Shown: positions 1-8,710 of the stretch, one piece after another | Position numbering within the stretch: the stretch's first letter is position 1 | Layout: each line of letters starts with the position of its first letter | DNA from: an uncultured Nitrospiraceae bacterium | Lineage (GTDB): Bacteria > Nitrospirota > Thermodesulfovibrionia > Thermodesulfovibrionales > Dissulfurispiraceae | NCBI GenBank assembly: GCA_947085205.1 | Contig: CAMTVO010000017.1 | Span: forward strand, 1 to 33,236 | Direction: 5' to 3' | DNA: 33,236 bases | Made by a program: the position numbers and the translations under genes | The notes under the pieces: model-generated | Database searches by the model: none | The model's input: only the letters and a program-made list of their open reading frames with translations | Told to the model about the DNA's origin: nothing

Positions 1-1618
1 CAAATATGCCTGCTGCAATAACCAATACCTTAATCCTGTGGTTGAGGGCAATTTTCAGAAGTCCTCTATATAGCTCCTCTGTTTTTTTATAAGCCTTTTC
101 AAAGGCATTAGAGAGCTTTGACTCTTGACTCCTGACTCCTGACTCCCGACTTTTTAAATATCTTGATGCCATCATCGGTGTAAGTGTAAAAGACACAAAC
201 AGTGATATAATTACTGCAAAGACAACAGTAATCGCGAACTGCAGGAAGAATTTTCCGATGATGCCTTTCATGAATGCCACCGGCAGAAATATGGCTACAA
301 TGGCCATTGTAGTTGCCATAACCGCAAGAGCTATCTCTGATGTTGCAAAGGAAGCGGCTTCGCGGGGAGACATGCCTTCTTCAATATGGCGATGGATATT
401 TTCAATGACTATAATGGCGTCATCAATAAGAATTCCGACCGAAAGGGACAGGGCGAGCATGGTCATGTTGTTGAATGTGAAATTAAAAAGCTTCATGATA
501 GCGAAGGTCGTGATGATAGACGTCGGGATCGCAAGCGCGCTTATCAAGGTTATCCTTGCGCTCTTTAAAAACAGGAGCACTGCAAGGGCAGCGAAGAAAC
601 CGCCGTAGATCAGGTGTTTCTGAACCTCGTTGATAGAGATCTTTATAAATGTCGACTGATCAAAGGAGATATCCAGATTCATTCCAGCAGGCAGGGTTTT
701 CCGTATCGCCTCTATTTCCTTTTTCACCCTTTCGATGACCTCGACGGTGTTCGTCCCCGACTGCTTCTGCACTCCCAAACCCACAGCAGGCAACCCATTG
801 AACCTTGCTATCGAGCGCTTTTCCTCCATGCCGTCTTCTGCCCTGCCCACGTCCGTGAGTCTGATGGGAGCGCCTTTCGAGTATCCCACGATGAGGTCGT
901 TGAAATCCTGTACCTTCAGGAACTCACCCTTGACCTTCACAGAGTACTCCTTGGTATCGCTCTCAATCCTTCCGCTCGGGAGTTCCACATTTTCACGCTG
1001 CAGCGCCCTCATGACATCATGGGCAGTGATCTGGTATGCCCGGAGCCTGTTCGTGTCGAGCCATACCCGCACCTGCCTCAGCCTGAGTCCGGCCAGTCGG
1101 ATTGCGCCAACTCCGTTCACCTTCTGGAGCTGTTCTTTCAGCACCTCATCAGCGTAAGTGGAAAGCTCCCTCGGTGATTTTTCTCCGGTAAGGGCAAGCC
1201 ACAAAACAGGAGTAGCATCCGGGTCAACCTTCTCTATTATCGGCTCATTGATATCCCTCGGCAGCTTCGATCTTATTGTAGAGATCTTTTCCCTCACGTC
1301 CTGAACTGCAAGGTCGATATCCCTTTCAAGCACGAACTCTACGAAGACGCTTGAGACTCCCTCCGTGCTTGTGGAGGCGATGGTCTTCACCCCGTTTATG
1401 GTATTGACCGCCTCTTCGATTTTATCTGTTACGTCAATATCCATAATCTCAGGGCTGGCGCCTCTGAGTGTTGTGGTAATGTTGACCATCGGAAAATCGA
1501 CTTTTGGAAAGAGATCAACACCGATGCCGGGATAGCTCACTATCCCGAATATAACGAGGGCAGCAATGACCATTGTTGCAAAGACAGGTCTTTTTATAGA
1601 CGTATCAGCGAGCCACAT
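1..1618 (-). CDS. RND efflux permease, AcrB/AcrD/AcrF family (5' part; runs off the window)
   Basis: Not in the ORF track; translated by hand from ATG at 1618: MWLADTSIKRPVFATMVIAALVIFGIVSYPGIGVDLFPKVDFP...; near the window edge it reads FAITVVFAVIISLFVSFTLTPMMASRYLK, typical of RND TM5-6. Overlaps the MFP stop. Confidence 0.95.
   Translation of the reverse strand, partial: MWLADTSIKRPVFATMVIAALVIFGIVSYPGIGVDLFPKVDFPMVNITTTLRGASPEIMDIDVTDKIEEAVNTINGVKTIASTSTEGVSSVFVEFVLERDIDLAVQDVREKISTIRSKLPRDINEPIIEKVDPDATPVLWLALTGEKSPRELSTYADEVLKEQLQKVNGVGAIRLAGLRLRQVRVWLDTNRLRAYQITAHDVMRALQRENVELPSGRIESDTKEYSVKVKGEFLKVQDFNDLIVGYSKGAPIRLTDVGRAEDGMEEKRSIARFNGLPAVGLGVQKQSGTNTVEVIERVKKEIEAIRKTLPAGMNLDISFDQSTFIKISINEVQKHLIYGGFFAALAVLLFLKSARITLISALAIPTSIITTFAIMKLFNFTFNNMTMLALSLSVGILIDDAIIVIENIHRHIEEGMSPREAASFATSEIALAVMATTMAIVAIFLPVAFMKGIIGKFFLQFAITVVFAVIISLFVSFTLTPMMASRYLKSRESGVRSQESKLSNAFEKAYKKTEELYRGLLKIALNHRIKVLVIAAGIF
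119..151. repeat. Heptamer tandem array (TGACTCC)x4-5, in frame in the RND permease
   Basis: TGACTCT TGACTCC TGACTCC TGACTCC CGACT; minus strand encodes SRESGVRSQES just after TM6. Confidence 0.9.
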
Positions 1619-2696
1619 TTACTCTCACCCCTTCGGAAAGATTTTGCTGCCCTGCTATGACAACATTTTCACCGCCTTTTAAGCCTTCCACAACCTCCAT
1701 CATCTCGCCGTATTTCTGTCCGACCTTCACAAACCTTTCCTTTGCCCTGCCGCCATCAACAACAAAGACCTTTACTGTCTCGCCTTCATATAGGAGAGAG
1801 ATTATCGGCACAAGAACCGTGTTTCTCTCAGCGCCTGTATAAAGTATCACATGGGCAAAAAGACCGGGTTTCAATAAGCTGTCAGGATTGGAAGCCAGTG
1901 CCTCTACCTGAAGAGTCCTCGTCTTTTCTTCGAGGCTTGGGTAAATGATGTTAACCTTTCCCTTAAATTCCATGCCCGGAAAGGCATCAACCTTAAAGGT
2001 TATATCCTGACCCTTCTTTAGCCTTCCCACATCCTTCTCTGTCACTGTGAAATTGAGTTTGAGCGGATTGTTCTGTATGATTACAAACATGTTGGCGCCG
2101 TTTCGCACATAATCACCCGCTGAGACCTTCTTTTCCTTTACATAGCCCGAAAGGGGAGAATAAATCCTCGTCTTGATGAGCTTCTGTTTTGCGAGGGACA
2201 ATGCTGCCTTTGCCCTTTCCACGTCAGACTCTGATAGGGAAAGCCTTGTAGATACGTCGTCGAACTGCTGTTGGGTCACAAGCTGCTCTTTATATAGGGC
2301 TTGCTTGCGTTCAAACTCAAGCTTTGTGTTTGAAAGAGTCGCATTAGCCTGTCTTAAGACAGCCTCTGCCCTTTTAACTTCAAGACCGTAATCGGTATCA
2401 TCAATTACCGATAACAGCATTCCCCTTGAGACTGCAGTTCCATTATCAACCTTTACTTCCTTTAAAATGCCATCAACCTCTGCGCTTACAATTTGGTCTT
2501 CATTTGGGTTTAAGGTGCCTATTGTCTCAACAAATGGCCTCTGCGCCTTCTCCTCAACAGATTGCACACGGACGTTCACAGACCTTTCTTCTGTCTTCTT
2601 TGTCTCCTTCTTCTTACAAGCCGGGGTCATGACGATTAAAACAATTGCGGTTAAAAGAATGATTTTAGCGAAGTTATTCCTGTCCGACTGCCACAT
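1605..2696 (-). CDS. RND efflux membrane fusion protein (periplasmic adaptor)
   Basis: Lipoprotein-like signal (MTPAC), hairpin coiled coil, IYSPLSGYV and LLKPGLFA motifs; lies between tolC-like and acrB-like genes. Confidence 0.95.
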   Translation of the reverse strand: MWQSDRNNFAKIILLTAIVLIVMTPACKKKETKKTEERSVNVRVQSVEEKAQRPFVETIGTLNPNEDQIVSAEVDGILKEVKVDNGTAVSRGMLLSVIDDTDYGLEVKRAEAVLRQANATLSNTKLEFERKQALYKEQLVTQQQFDDVSTRLSLSESDVERAKAALSLAKQKLIKTRIYSPLSGYVKEKKVSAGDYVRNGANMFVIIQNNPLKLNFTVTEKDVGRLKKGQDITFKVDAFPGMEFKGKVNIIYPSLEEKTRTLQVEALASNPDSLLKPGLFAHVILYTGAERNTVLVPIISLLYEGETVKVFVVDGGRAKERFVKVGQKYGEMMEVVEGLKGGENVVIAGQQNLSEGVRVNVAR

Positions 2697-4081
2697 CAGT
2701 TTGTCCTCCCTTTATCTTCCTTCTTTGACTTGGTGTCTTTGACTTGGTGTTCTATGGACTGCCGGCTGACAGTTGTCTTCAAAAATACGCCGGTCGTTCT
2801 CTGTAACCTCAGGATGGACAACTGATAACTATACCCTGCATCGGCAACCTGTCTTTCTGATGTCAGGAACAATGTATTTGCGTCAATGACATCTATGCTG
2901 TTGGCAAGGCCAAATTCATATTGCCTTGATACTGAATTATAGTTATCCTTTGCGAATGTCAACTGGTCTTCAAGGGATTTTAAGATTTCTTTCTGTGTCT
3001 GAAAATCAAGGCATGCATTTTCTACTTCGATGCCTACGGTTTTCTTAAGGTCTTCATATATAAATTCCGCCTGCCTCTGTCTTGACTCTGCCTCTCTCAC
3101 CTCAGCCTTTCTGAGTCCTCCCTCGAAGAATGGAAAATTTAACTTAATTCCACCGTAAATACTCTCCTTATTGAGAAAGGCAGATGCAGGGTCTTCCTCT
3201 CTCCTTGAGTAAACACCTTCTATAGATAGAGTTGGCCAGTATGAACCCTTTGCATATTTAACCTGCTCTTTTGCAACCCTCCTCTGCAACTCGATGGCCT
3301 TTAATTCAGCCCTTTCGGAAGAAGCTATCTGTTTCAGAGACTCAACTGTTTCCGTGCTTGCTGCATACTGTTTACTGTCTGCTGCTTCCTTAATATCAAA
3401 GTCTCCGCTTAGTCCGGCAACCCTTGCAAGCACCGCCTTTGTTAGCTTAAGATTATTTTCAGATTTCACCAGTTCCGCACGGGCGCCCGACAATTCAGCC
3501 TCTGCCCTCAGCAGGTCTGTTTTTGTGACCTCACCGACCTTGAGTCTTATTGCTGCTGCGTCCCTGTGTTTTGTCAGCCGATCAAAATTGCTCTTTGCAA
3601 TCTCGGCAGCCTTCTTTGCTCTAAGCACATCATAATAAGCAGACGCAACGCTGAAAATATAAGCCTCCTTCACTGCATGAAGGTCATATCTGCTCTTTTC
3701 AATGGCTTCCCTTGAGATTTTAAAGGCAGTAATTTCTCTGCCGCTTATTGATAGAGATTGATCAAGTCTTAAACCCCATGATGTAGAGTCATTCGGCTGG
3801 ATGACAGCGCCTGTTGATGAATGCTTGTCTTCACTGTATTTTGTGTAATTTCCGAATGCCGAAAGTTTAGGAAGCAGCGCTGAAACGGCCTTGTCCTTTC
3901 CTCTTTCTGCAATATAAAGGTCTTCTTCGGATATCCTTATCCTCTCAGCACGCTCAAGGGCAATCTGATAAAGGTCGCTGAGAGAATACTCCTGTGCTGA
4001 AAGAGTACCAGATGTAAAAATGACTATTACAACTGCCAAAACCATTAAAGATGGTATTTTTGATTTAATCATTGCAATCAC
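2696..4081 (-). CDS. TolC-family outer membrane efflux protein
   Basis: Signal peptide, two OEP-like repeats (ALLPKLS..., SYWPTLS...), GTG start with AGGAG 7 nt upstream. Confidence 0.93.
   Translation of the reverse strand: MIAMIKSKIPSLMVLAVVIVIFTSGTLSAQEYSLSDLYQIALERAERIRISEEDLYIAERGKDKAVSALLPKLSAFGNYTKYSEDKHSSTGAVIQPNDSTSWGLRLDQSLSISGREITAFKISREAIEKSRYDLHAVKEAYIFSVASAYYDVLRAKKAAEIAKSNFDRLTKHRDAAAIRLKVGEVTKTDLLRAEAELSGARAELVKSENNLKLTKAVLARVAGLSGDFDIKEAADSKQYAASTETVESLKQIASSERAELKAIELQRRVAKEQVKYAKGSYWPTLSIEGVYSRREEDPASAFLNKESIYGGIKLNFPFFEGGLRKAEVREAESRQRQAEFIYEDLKKTVGIEVENACLDFQTQKEILKSLEDQLTFAKDNYNSVSRQYEFGLANSIDVIDANTLFLTSERQVADAGYSYQLSILRLQRTTGVFLKTTVSRQSIEHQVKDTKSKKEDKGRTN
2722..2772. 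repeat. 14-bp tandem duplication plus degenerate heptamers in the TolC C-terminal tail
   Basis: TCTTTGACTTGGTG twice (2722-2735, 2736-2749), followed by GGACTGC CGGCTGA CAG. Confidence 0.6.
3355..3389. repeat. Heptamer array (TGCTTAC-like)x5, in frame in TolC
   Basis: TGCTTGC TGCATAC TGTTTAC TGTCTGC TGCTTCC; encodes EAADSKQYAAS between the two OEP repeats. Confidence 0.8.
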
Positions 4082-4093
4082 CCCTTTATCTCC

Positions 4094-4121
4094 TGTATTC
4101 TGCCTACTGTTTACCGCCTTT
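4094..4121. repeat. Heptamer array (TGYYTAC-like)x4 spanning the tetR stop codon
   Basis: TGTATTC TGCCTAC TGTTTAC CGCCTTT; minus strand reads GGC GGT AAA CAG TAG. Confidence 0.7.
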
Positions 4122-4715
4122 TATAGTTCCTCTCACAAAAATCTTCACAAATTCCCTTATCGTTATATTTTTATCCACATGCCTGTATTTTTTATGCATC
4201 ATCATTTCATGGACATTAAAATACGAAAAAAACATCCCTAAAAATGCCCTTGCACCGAACTCTGTATCAAAGCCTTTAAGAATCTTCCTTTTCTGCATCT
4301 CGCCAAAATAGGATGCAAGAATCTTAAATATCTCATCGATAAATGCATGGTAAATTTTATGGATCTTCTCAGGATACCTCTGCATCTCCGAATGCATTAT
4401 CTGTATCAGGTCTTTTCTTGACGAGAGTGTTTCTAAAAATCTTTTTGCGATTTCGGTTAATGCTTTTTCATATGACATCCGTGCTATTTCAGGCATCAGT
4501 TCTTTTAAGGCAGGCAGAAATGAATGGGTATTTATAACTTCTTCAAAGAGTTTTTCTTTTGAGGGGAAGTGCCTAAACAGCGTTACCTCTGCTATCCTCG
4601 CCTCTTTTGCAATCTCTTTTGTGGTGGCGCCGAGATAGCCTTTTTGGGAAAAGAGCTTCAGTGCCACTTCAAGAATTCTGTCCCTCGTGGATTGTGTGTC
4701 TTTTGAATCTCCCAT
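4104..4715 (-). CDS. TetR/AcrR family transcriptional regulator
   Basis: N-terminal HTH TRDRILEVALKLFSQKGYLGATTKEIAKEARIAEVTLFRHFPSKEKLF; first gene of the efflux operon. Confidence 0.96.
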   Translation of the reverse strand: MGDSKDTQSTRDRILEVALKLFSQKGYLGATTKEIAKEARIAEVTLFRHFPSKEKLFEEVINTHSFLPALKELMPEIARMSYEKALTEIAKRFLETLSSRKDLIQIMHSEMQRYPEKIHKIYHAFIDEIFKILASYFGEMQKRKILKGFDTEFGARAFLGMFFSYFNVHEMMMHKKYRHVDKNITIREFVKIFVRGTIKGGKQ

Positions 4716-4735
4716 TCAAACCTCTGCTTTATTTT

Positions 4736-4755
4736 ATGTAAGTGCTTACTTACAT
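4736..4755. promoter_or_regulatory. Putative TetR operator
   Basis: Perfect palindrome ATGTAAGT-GCTT-ACTTACAT covering the expected transcription start of tetR. Confidence 0.8.
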
Positions 4756-4782
4756 TATAAGGGGAATATATTCGCCTGTCAA
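4754..4782 (-). promoter_or_regulatory. Sigma70 promoter of the tetR-efflux operon
   Basis: Minus strand TTGACA (4782-4777), 17 nt, TATAAT (4759-4754): perfect consensus. Confidence 0.88.
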
Positions 4783-4790
4783 GAAAAAAT

Positions 4791-4820
4791 TTGACTTACG
4801 CAAAAGGCACGGTTTATATT
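4791..4820 (+). promoter_or_regulatory. Putative sigma70 promoter of tupABC
   Basis: TTGACT-18 nt-TATATT, then GAGG RBS and ATG at 4841. Confidence 0.5.
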
Positions 4821-4840
4821 GTAACAACAAGAGGCAATAC

Positions 4841-5695
4841 ATGCTCAAAAGAAGTTTTATATTAATACTGATTGTATCGGCTTGTCTCGCCTCGGCAGTC
4901 TCCGCCGAAACAAGAATACGCTGTGCATCAACTACAAGCACTCAGAATTCGGGATTGTTTGATTACATCCTGCCCATATTTCAGAAAAAGACGGGGATAA
5001 AGGTTGATGTGGTTGCAGTGGGGACTGGCGCTGCCATAGAGATAGGGAAAAGGGGAGATGCTGATGTGGTGTTTGTCCACGCAAAGGAGCAGGAGTTAAA
5101 GGCTGTGGAGGAGGGATATTTTGTTAATCGCCATGATGTTATGTACAATGATTTTGTCATCATTGGCCCTTCAGATGATCCTTTAAAGATAAAGGGCATG
5201 AAATCAGCATCAGAAGCATTCAAAAGGATAGGAGAACTCAACTATCCCTTTGTTTCAAGGGGCGATAAATCAGGCACACATACAAAAGAATTATCAATAT
5301 GGGAAAAAGCAGGAATCGATCCCAAAGGGGGTTCTCGTAAGGGGGACAAAGTCCCCCTTACGCATTCTCAAAAGTGGTATCTCGAAGTAGGTCAGGGGAT
5401 GGAAAAGACCCAGAGGATTGCCAATGAAAAGCGGGCATATACACTGACTGACAGAGGCACATGGCTTGCTACAAAGGATAAGGATAAGCTTGAGATGAAG
5501 ATTGTCCTTGAGGGCGACCCGATATTGTTCAATCAGTATGGAGTTATGGCTGTTAATCCTCAAAAGCATAAGCATGTCAAATACAGAGAGGCAATGGAGT
5601 TTATAAACTGGCTCATATCAAAGGAAGGACAGCGGGCTATTGCATCCTTTAAAGATAAACACGGAAATCAGTTGTTTATCCCGAATGCAAGATAA
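4841..5695 (+). CDS. tupA: Tungstate ABC transporter substrate-binding protein
   Basis: Signal peptide; STTSTQNSGL, FVSRGDKSGTH and YTLTDRGT motifs; start moved to ATG 4841 because of the RBS. Confidence 0.93.
   Translation: MLKRSFILILIVSACLASAVSAETRIRCASTTSTQNSGLFDYILPIFQKKTGIKVDVVAVGTGAAIEIGKRGDADVVFVHAKEQELKAVEEGYFVNRHDVMYNDFVIIGPSDDPLKIKGMKSASEAFKRIGELNYPFVSRGDKSGTHTKELSIWEKAGIDPKGGSRKGDKVPLTHSQKWYLEVGQGMEKTQRIANEKRAYTLTDRGTWLATKDKDKLEMKIVLEGDPILFNQYGVMAVNPQKHKHVKYREAMEFINWLISKEGQRAIASFKDKHGNQLFIPNAR
5336..5362. repeat. Perfect 12-bp-stem palindrome inserted in frame in tupA
   Basis: CGTAAGGGGGAC-AAA-GTCCCCCTTACG, flanked by TTCTC direct repeats (5332-5336, 5365-5369). Confidence 0.88.
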
Positions 5696-5767
5696 GTTCG
5701 GTGAAGGGACTTAGAGGAATTCTTACATTGATTCTCAAAAGATTTAATATCTGTAACTAAACCTGGT

Positions 5768-6487
5768 ATGCATTCAATATTTCTCGGCTTTAAAGAGGCA
5801 TTTCTCCTGATACTTAATCTTGATAGGGAATTGACGGGCATTATATTTTTGTCCTTCAGGGTCTCTGGTGCAGCACTGTTGATTGCCACCGCAATGGGGC
5901 TTCCCATTGGTGCATTACTTGGATTGAAACGGATTCCGATGAAGGCAATGCTCATCAGCCTATCAAATACCTTTATGGGGCTTCCTCCTGTGGTTGTCGG
6001 GCTCTTCGTTTATATCCTGCTTTCAAGGAGTGGTCCGCTCGGTTTCATGGGACTGCTTTATACCCCTTCGGCAATGGTCATAGCCCAGACAATACTTGCA
6101 TTTCCCATTGTGGTATCACTCTGTCACTCAGCCATTGTAAGTGTTAACCCTATTATAAAACAGGCATCCATGACACTTGGCGCAACACCATTTCAGAGCA
6201 CAATTACAATCATAAAAGAGGCAAGATATGGGATAATATCAGGTATAGTTGCTGCATTTGGAAGGGTAATGGCAGAGGTTGGGGCAATACTGATCGTCGG
6301 AGGCAATATAGCAGGTTACACAAGGGTCATGACAACCACCATTGCACTTGAAACGGACAAGGGGAATTTCGAACTTGCGATTGCACTGGGGATTATTCTT
6401 TTGATGCTCTCTCTTATTATTAATGCAATTCTCCATTCTATACAGAGGAGGGCAATCTCAGGTGCAAGGAGAATTGATATAAAATGA
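5768..6487 (+). CDS. tupB: Tungstate ABC transporter permease
   Basis: NTFMGLPPVVVGL and EVGAILIVGGNIAGYTRVMTTTI motifs; operon context. Confidence 0.93.
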   Translation: MHSIFLGFKEAFLLILNLDRELTGIIFLSFRVSGAALLIATAMGLPIGALLGLKRIPMKAMLISLSNTFMGLPPVVVGLFVYILLSRSGPLGFMGLLYTPSAMVIAQTILAFPIVVSLCHSAIVSVNPIIKQASMTLGATPFQSTITIIKEARYGIISGIVAAFGRVMAEVGAILIVGGNIAGYTRVMTTTIALETDKGNFELAIALGIILLMLSLIINAILHSIQRRAISGARRIDIK

Positions 6488-7146
6488 ATCTCAGTTTAAG
6501 CATATCCAGTGTGTCAAAAAGTTATAATGGAAAAACTGTTCTGAAGGATTGTTCCTATTGTTTTGATTCTGGCGGGATATATGTCTTAATGGGAGCAAAC
6601 GGCAGTGGTAAGTCCACATTTTTGAGGATATGTGCGCTTCTTGAAGAGCCTGACAGAGGAGAGGTCAATTATCTTTCAGGAGGCAGTATCATTAAAAAGG
6701 ACATAAGCCTCAGGCGAAGGATAACCCTTGTGCTTCCAGGAATAGGCATATTCAATACAACTGTTTTCAATAATGTAGCATACGGACTCAGGATAAGGGG
6801 ATTAAAATCAGGAGAGATAAAAGACAGGGTCGAGAGGGTGCTCGACTTTGTCGGCCTTATTCATAAAAGAAATCAGAATGCCCTCACCCTTTCAAGTGGC
6901 GAGATGCAGAGACTCGGTATTGCAAGGGCAATAGTCATAGAACCTGAGATACTTTTCCTTGATGAACCGACAGCCTCTGTTGATAAGGAAAATACCGAAA
7001 TCATAGAGCGGATTATTCTGGACATAAAATCGGGGTCCCAAAGAAGTCACAAGACCTTTATTATTACCACCCATGACATGGCTCAGGCAGAAAGACTTGC
7101 AGACAGTATATTGATTATGGCTGAGGGTAGGATTACTCGTGCTTAA
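6484..7146 (+). CDS. tupC: Tungstate ABC transporter ATP-binding protein
   Basis: Walker A GANGSGKS, signature LSSGE, Walker B ILFLDE, H-loop TTHD. Confidence 0.9.
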   Translation: MNLSLSISSVSKSYNGKTVLKDCSYCFDSGGIYVLMGANGSGKSTFLRICALLEEPDRGEVNYLSGGSIIKKDISLRRRITLVLPGIGIFNTTVFNNVAYGLRIRGLKSGEIKDRVERVLDFVGLIHKRNQNALTLSSGEMQRLGIARAIVIEPEILFLDEPTASVDKENTEIIERIILDIKSGSQRSHKTFIITTHDMAQAERLADSILIMAEGRITRA

Positions 7147-7180
7147 GTTGCACTTTCACGCTGTTTTTTAGTATCTTATT

Positions 7181-7351
7181 CAATAGCACGACAGAGCGAC
7201 ATTAGTGCGATAGTTAATAGAGCGACAGTGCGACAGTTTTTATAAGGAATAAATTTTTCCATAATTTGACTGTCGCACTGCCGAACTGTCGCACTAAAAA
7301 ACTAATTTGACTGTCGAACTGTCGTTCTGTAGCTCTATGTCGCTCTATGTT
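7181..7351. repeat. Inverted pair of octamer arrays (CGACAGWG)n / (CTGTCGCW)n abutting tRNA-Leu
   Basis: Left arm 7181-7238, AT-rich spacer, right arm 7270-7351; internal 14-bp direct repeat TAATTTGACTGTCG (7262, 7303). Confidence 0.88.
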
Positions 7352-7438
7352 GCCGGAGTGGCGGAATTGGTAGACGCAAGGGACTTAAAATCCCTCGGAG
7401 CTTGCTCTGTACGAGTTCGAGTCTCGTCTCCGGCACCA
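7352..7438 (+). tRNA. tRNA-Leu (anticodon TAA)
   Basis: Acceptor GCCGGAG/CTCCGGC plus ACCA, anticodon arm AGGGA-CTTAAAA-TCCCT, long variable arm, GTTCGAG T-loop. Confidence 0.97.
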
Positions 7439-7462
7439 AATAAAACTGGAGTAATGGAGTAC

Positions 7463-8338
7463 ATGAAAACCAGCGTCAAAAAGGCTATACTTCCGGCAGC
7501 AGGTCTCGGCACAAGGTTTTTGCCTGCTACAAAAGCGTCTCCAAAAGAGATGTTGCCTATTGTTGATAAACCCCAGATCCAATATGCAATTGAAGAGGCT
7601 ATGACATGCGGCATAGAGGAGTTTATCATTATTACAGGCAAGAATAAGCGAGCTATCGAAGACCATTTTGATTCTTCATACAGACTGGAAGAAAAACTCA
7701 AGGCATCAGGAAAAGAGAAAATACTTGAGGAGCTTAACAAGCTAAATGAGATTAACATTGCATATATACGCCAGAGGGCACCCCTCGGGCTTGGTCATGC
7801 AATACTATGTGCAAAGCCCTTTGTTAGGGATGAGCCTTTTGCAGTTATATTAAGCGATGATGTGATAGATCCTGAATATCCCCTGCTTAAGAATATGATA
7901 AGGGTTTATGAAGAACTGGATTGTCCTGTAATTGCTCTTGAAGAAGTGCAGGAGTCGGATGTTCATCGTTATGGAATTATTGACGGGTCTCTTGAAGGTG
8001 AGGTCTATAAGATCAATGACCTGGTTGAAAAGCCAAAACAGCAGGATGCGCCATCCAAATTGGCTATAATAGGAAGATATATTTTGACTCCGGATATATT
8101 TAAAATTCTCGAAAAACAAACGATTGACTCCGGGGGTGAAATTCAGCTTACAGATGCATTAAAAGAGTTGTTGAAAAAGCGGACAATTTATGGTTATCTG
8201 ATAAAAAAAGGCAAAAGATACGATGCCGGGGATAAGTTAGGATACCTAAAGGCGACTGTTGACTTTGCGCTTAAGAACAAAGAGCTATCTGATGATTTTA
8301 AAAAATATCTGATCGAAAAAGTAAAAACATTGGTATGA
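7463..8338 (+). CDS. galU: UTP--glucose-1-phosphate uridylyltransferase
   Basis: KKAILPAAGLGTRFLPATKASPKEMLP, LGLGHA and GGEIQLTDA motifs; start at 7463 or 7454 (the longer ORF would overlap the tRNA). Confidence 0.95.
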   Translation: MKTSVKKAILPAAGLGTRFLPATKASPKEMLPIVDKPQIQYAIEEAMTCGIEEFIIITGKNKRAIEDHFDSSYRLEEKLKASGKEKILEELNKLNEINIAYIRQRAPLGLGHAILCAKPFVRDEPFAVILSDDVIDPEYPLLKNMIRVYEELDCPVIALEEVQESDVHRYGIIDGSLEGEVYKINDLVEKPKQQDAPSKLAIIGRYILTPDIFKILEKQTIDSGGEIQLTDALKELLKKRTIYGYLIKKGKRYDAGDKLGYLKATVDFALKNKELSDDFKKYLIEKVKTLV

Positions 8339-8709
8339 AAAATGTTTTACAGGGTTTATTCTTTTATGCAGTAGAAAACTGCAGTGAGCCTCTGATAGAC
8401 TGTTACGAGACTGCCGATGACCTCGTATTTGAAATTGACCTGCCTGGAATAAACCCGGCAGATGCATCAATAAATGTGTATGAGGATTTACTGATCATAG
8501 AAGGAATGAAAACCGATGACGAATCAATATCAGGCGACTTAAAATACTTATGCATGGAGAGAAGCACAAAGGATTTCAGGCGTGTAATAAAAATGCCTAT
8601 CCATATCAATACCATAGCCGGCGAGGCATTTTATGCCAATGGAGTTATAACAATTAAGTTCCCAAAACTAAAGGGCAAATTGATAAAAATTAATATAGAG
8701 AGGAGATAA
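8335..8709 (+). CDS. Hsp20/alpha-crystallin small heat shock protein
   Basis: PLIDCYET...IDLPGI, CMERS...FRRVI and [12 protein letters not shown]; immediately upstream of lon. Confidence 0.88.
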   Translation: MKNVLQGLFFYAVENCSEPLIDCYETADDLVFEIDLPGINPADASINVYEDLLIIEGMKTDDESISGDLKYLCMERSTKDFRRVIKMPIHINTIAGEAFYANGVITIKFPKLKGKLIKINIERR

Positions 8710-8710
8710 G

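Noticed and set aside
258..1177. Plus-strand ORFs of 60-187 aa
   Set aside because: Antisense shadows of the RND permease; the same applies to 26734-27537 (argJ), 17391-17927 (uppP) and the other nested antisense ORFs
4742..4840. Long N-terminus of TupA
   Set aside because: It overlaps both promoters and the operator; the RBS and signal peptide fit ATG 4841
7027..7055. GGGGTCCCAAAGAAGTC in tupC as half of a REP-like insert
   Set aside because: No complementary half and no second copy in the window
7352..7438. tRNA-Leu as the att site of an integrated island
   Set aside because: No integrase and no duplicated tRNA 3' end seen; core genes follow directly
7307..7453. ORF-track N-terminal extension of GalU
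   Set aside because: It runs through the repeat arm and the whole tRNA gene; the family match starts at MKTSVKKAI
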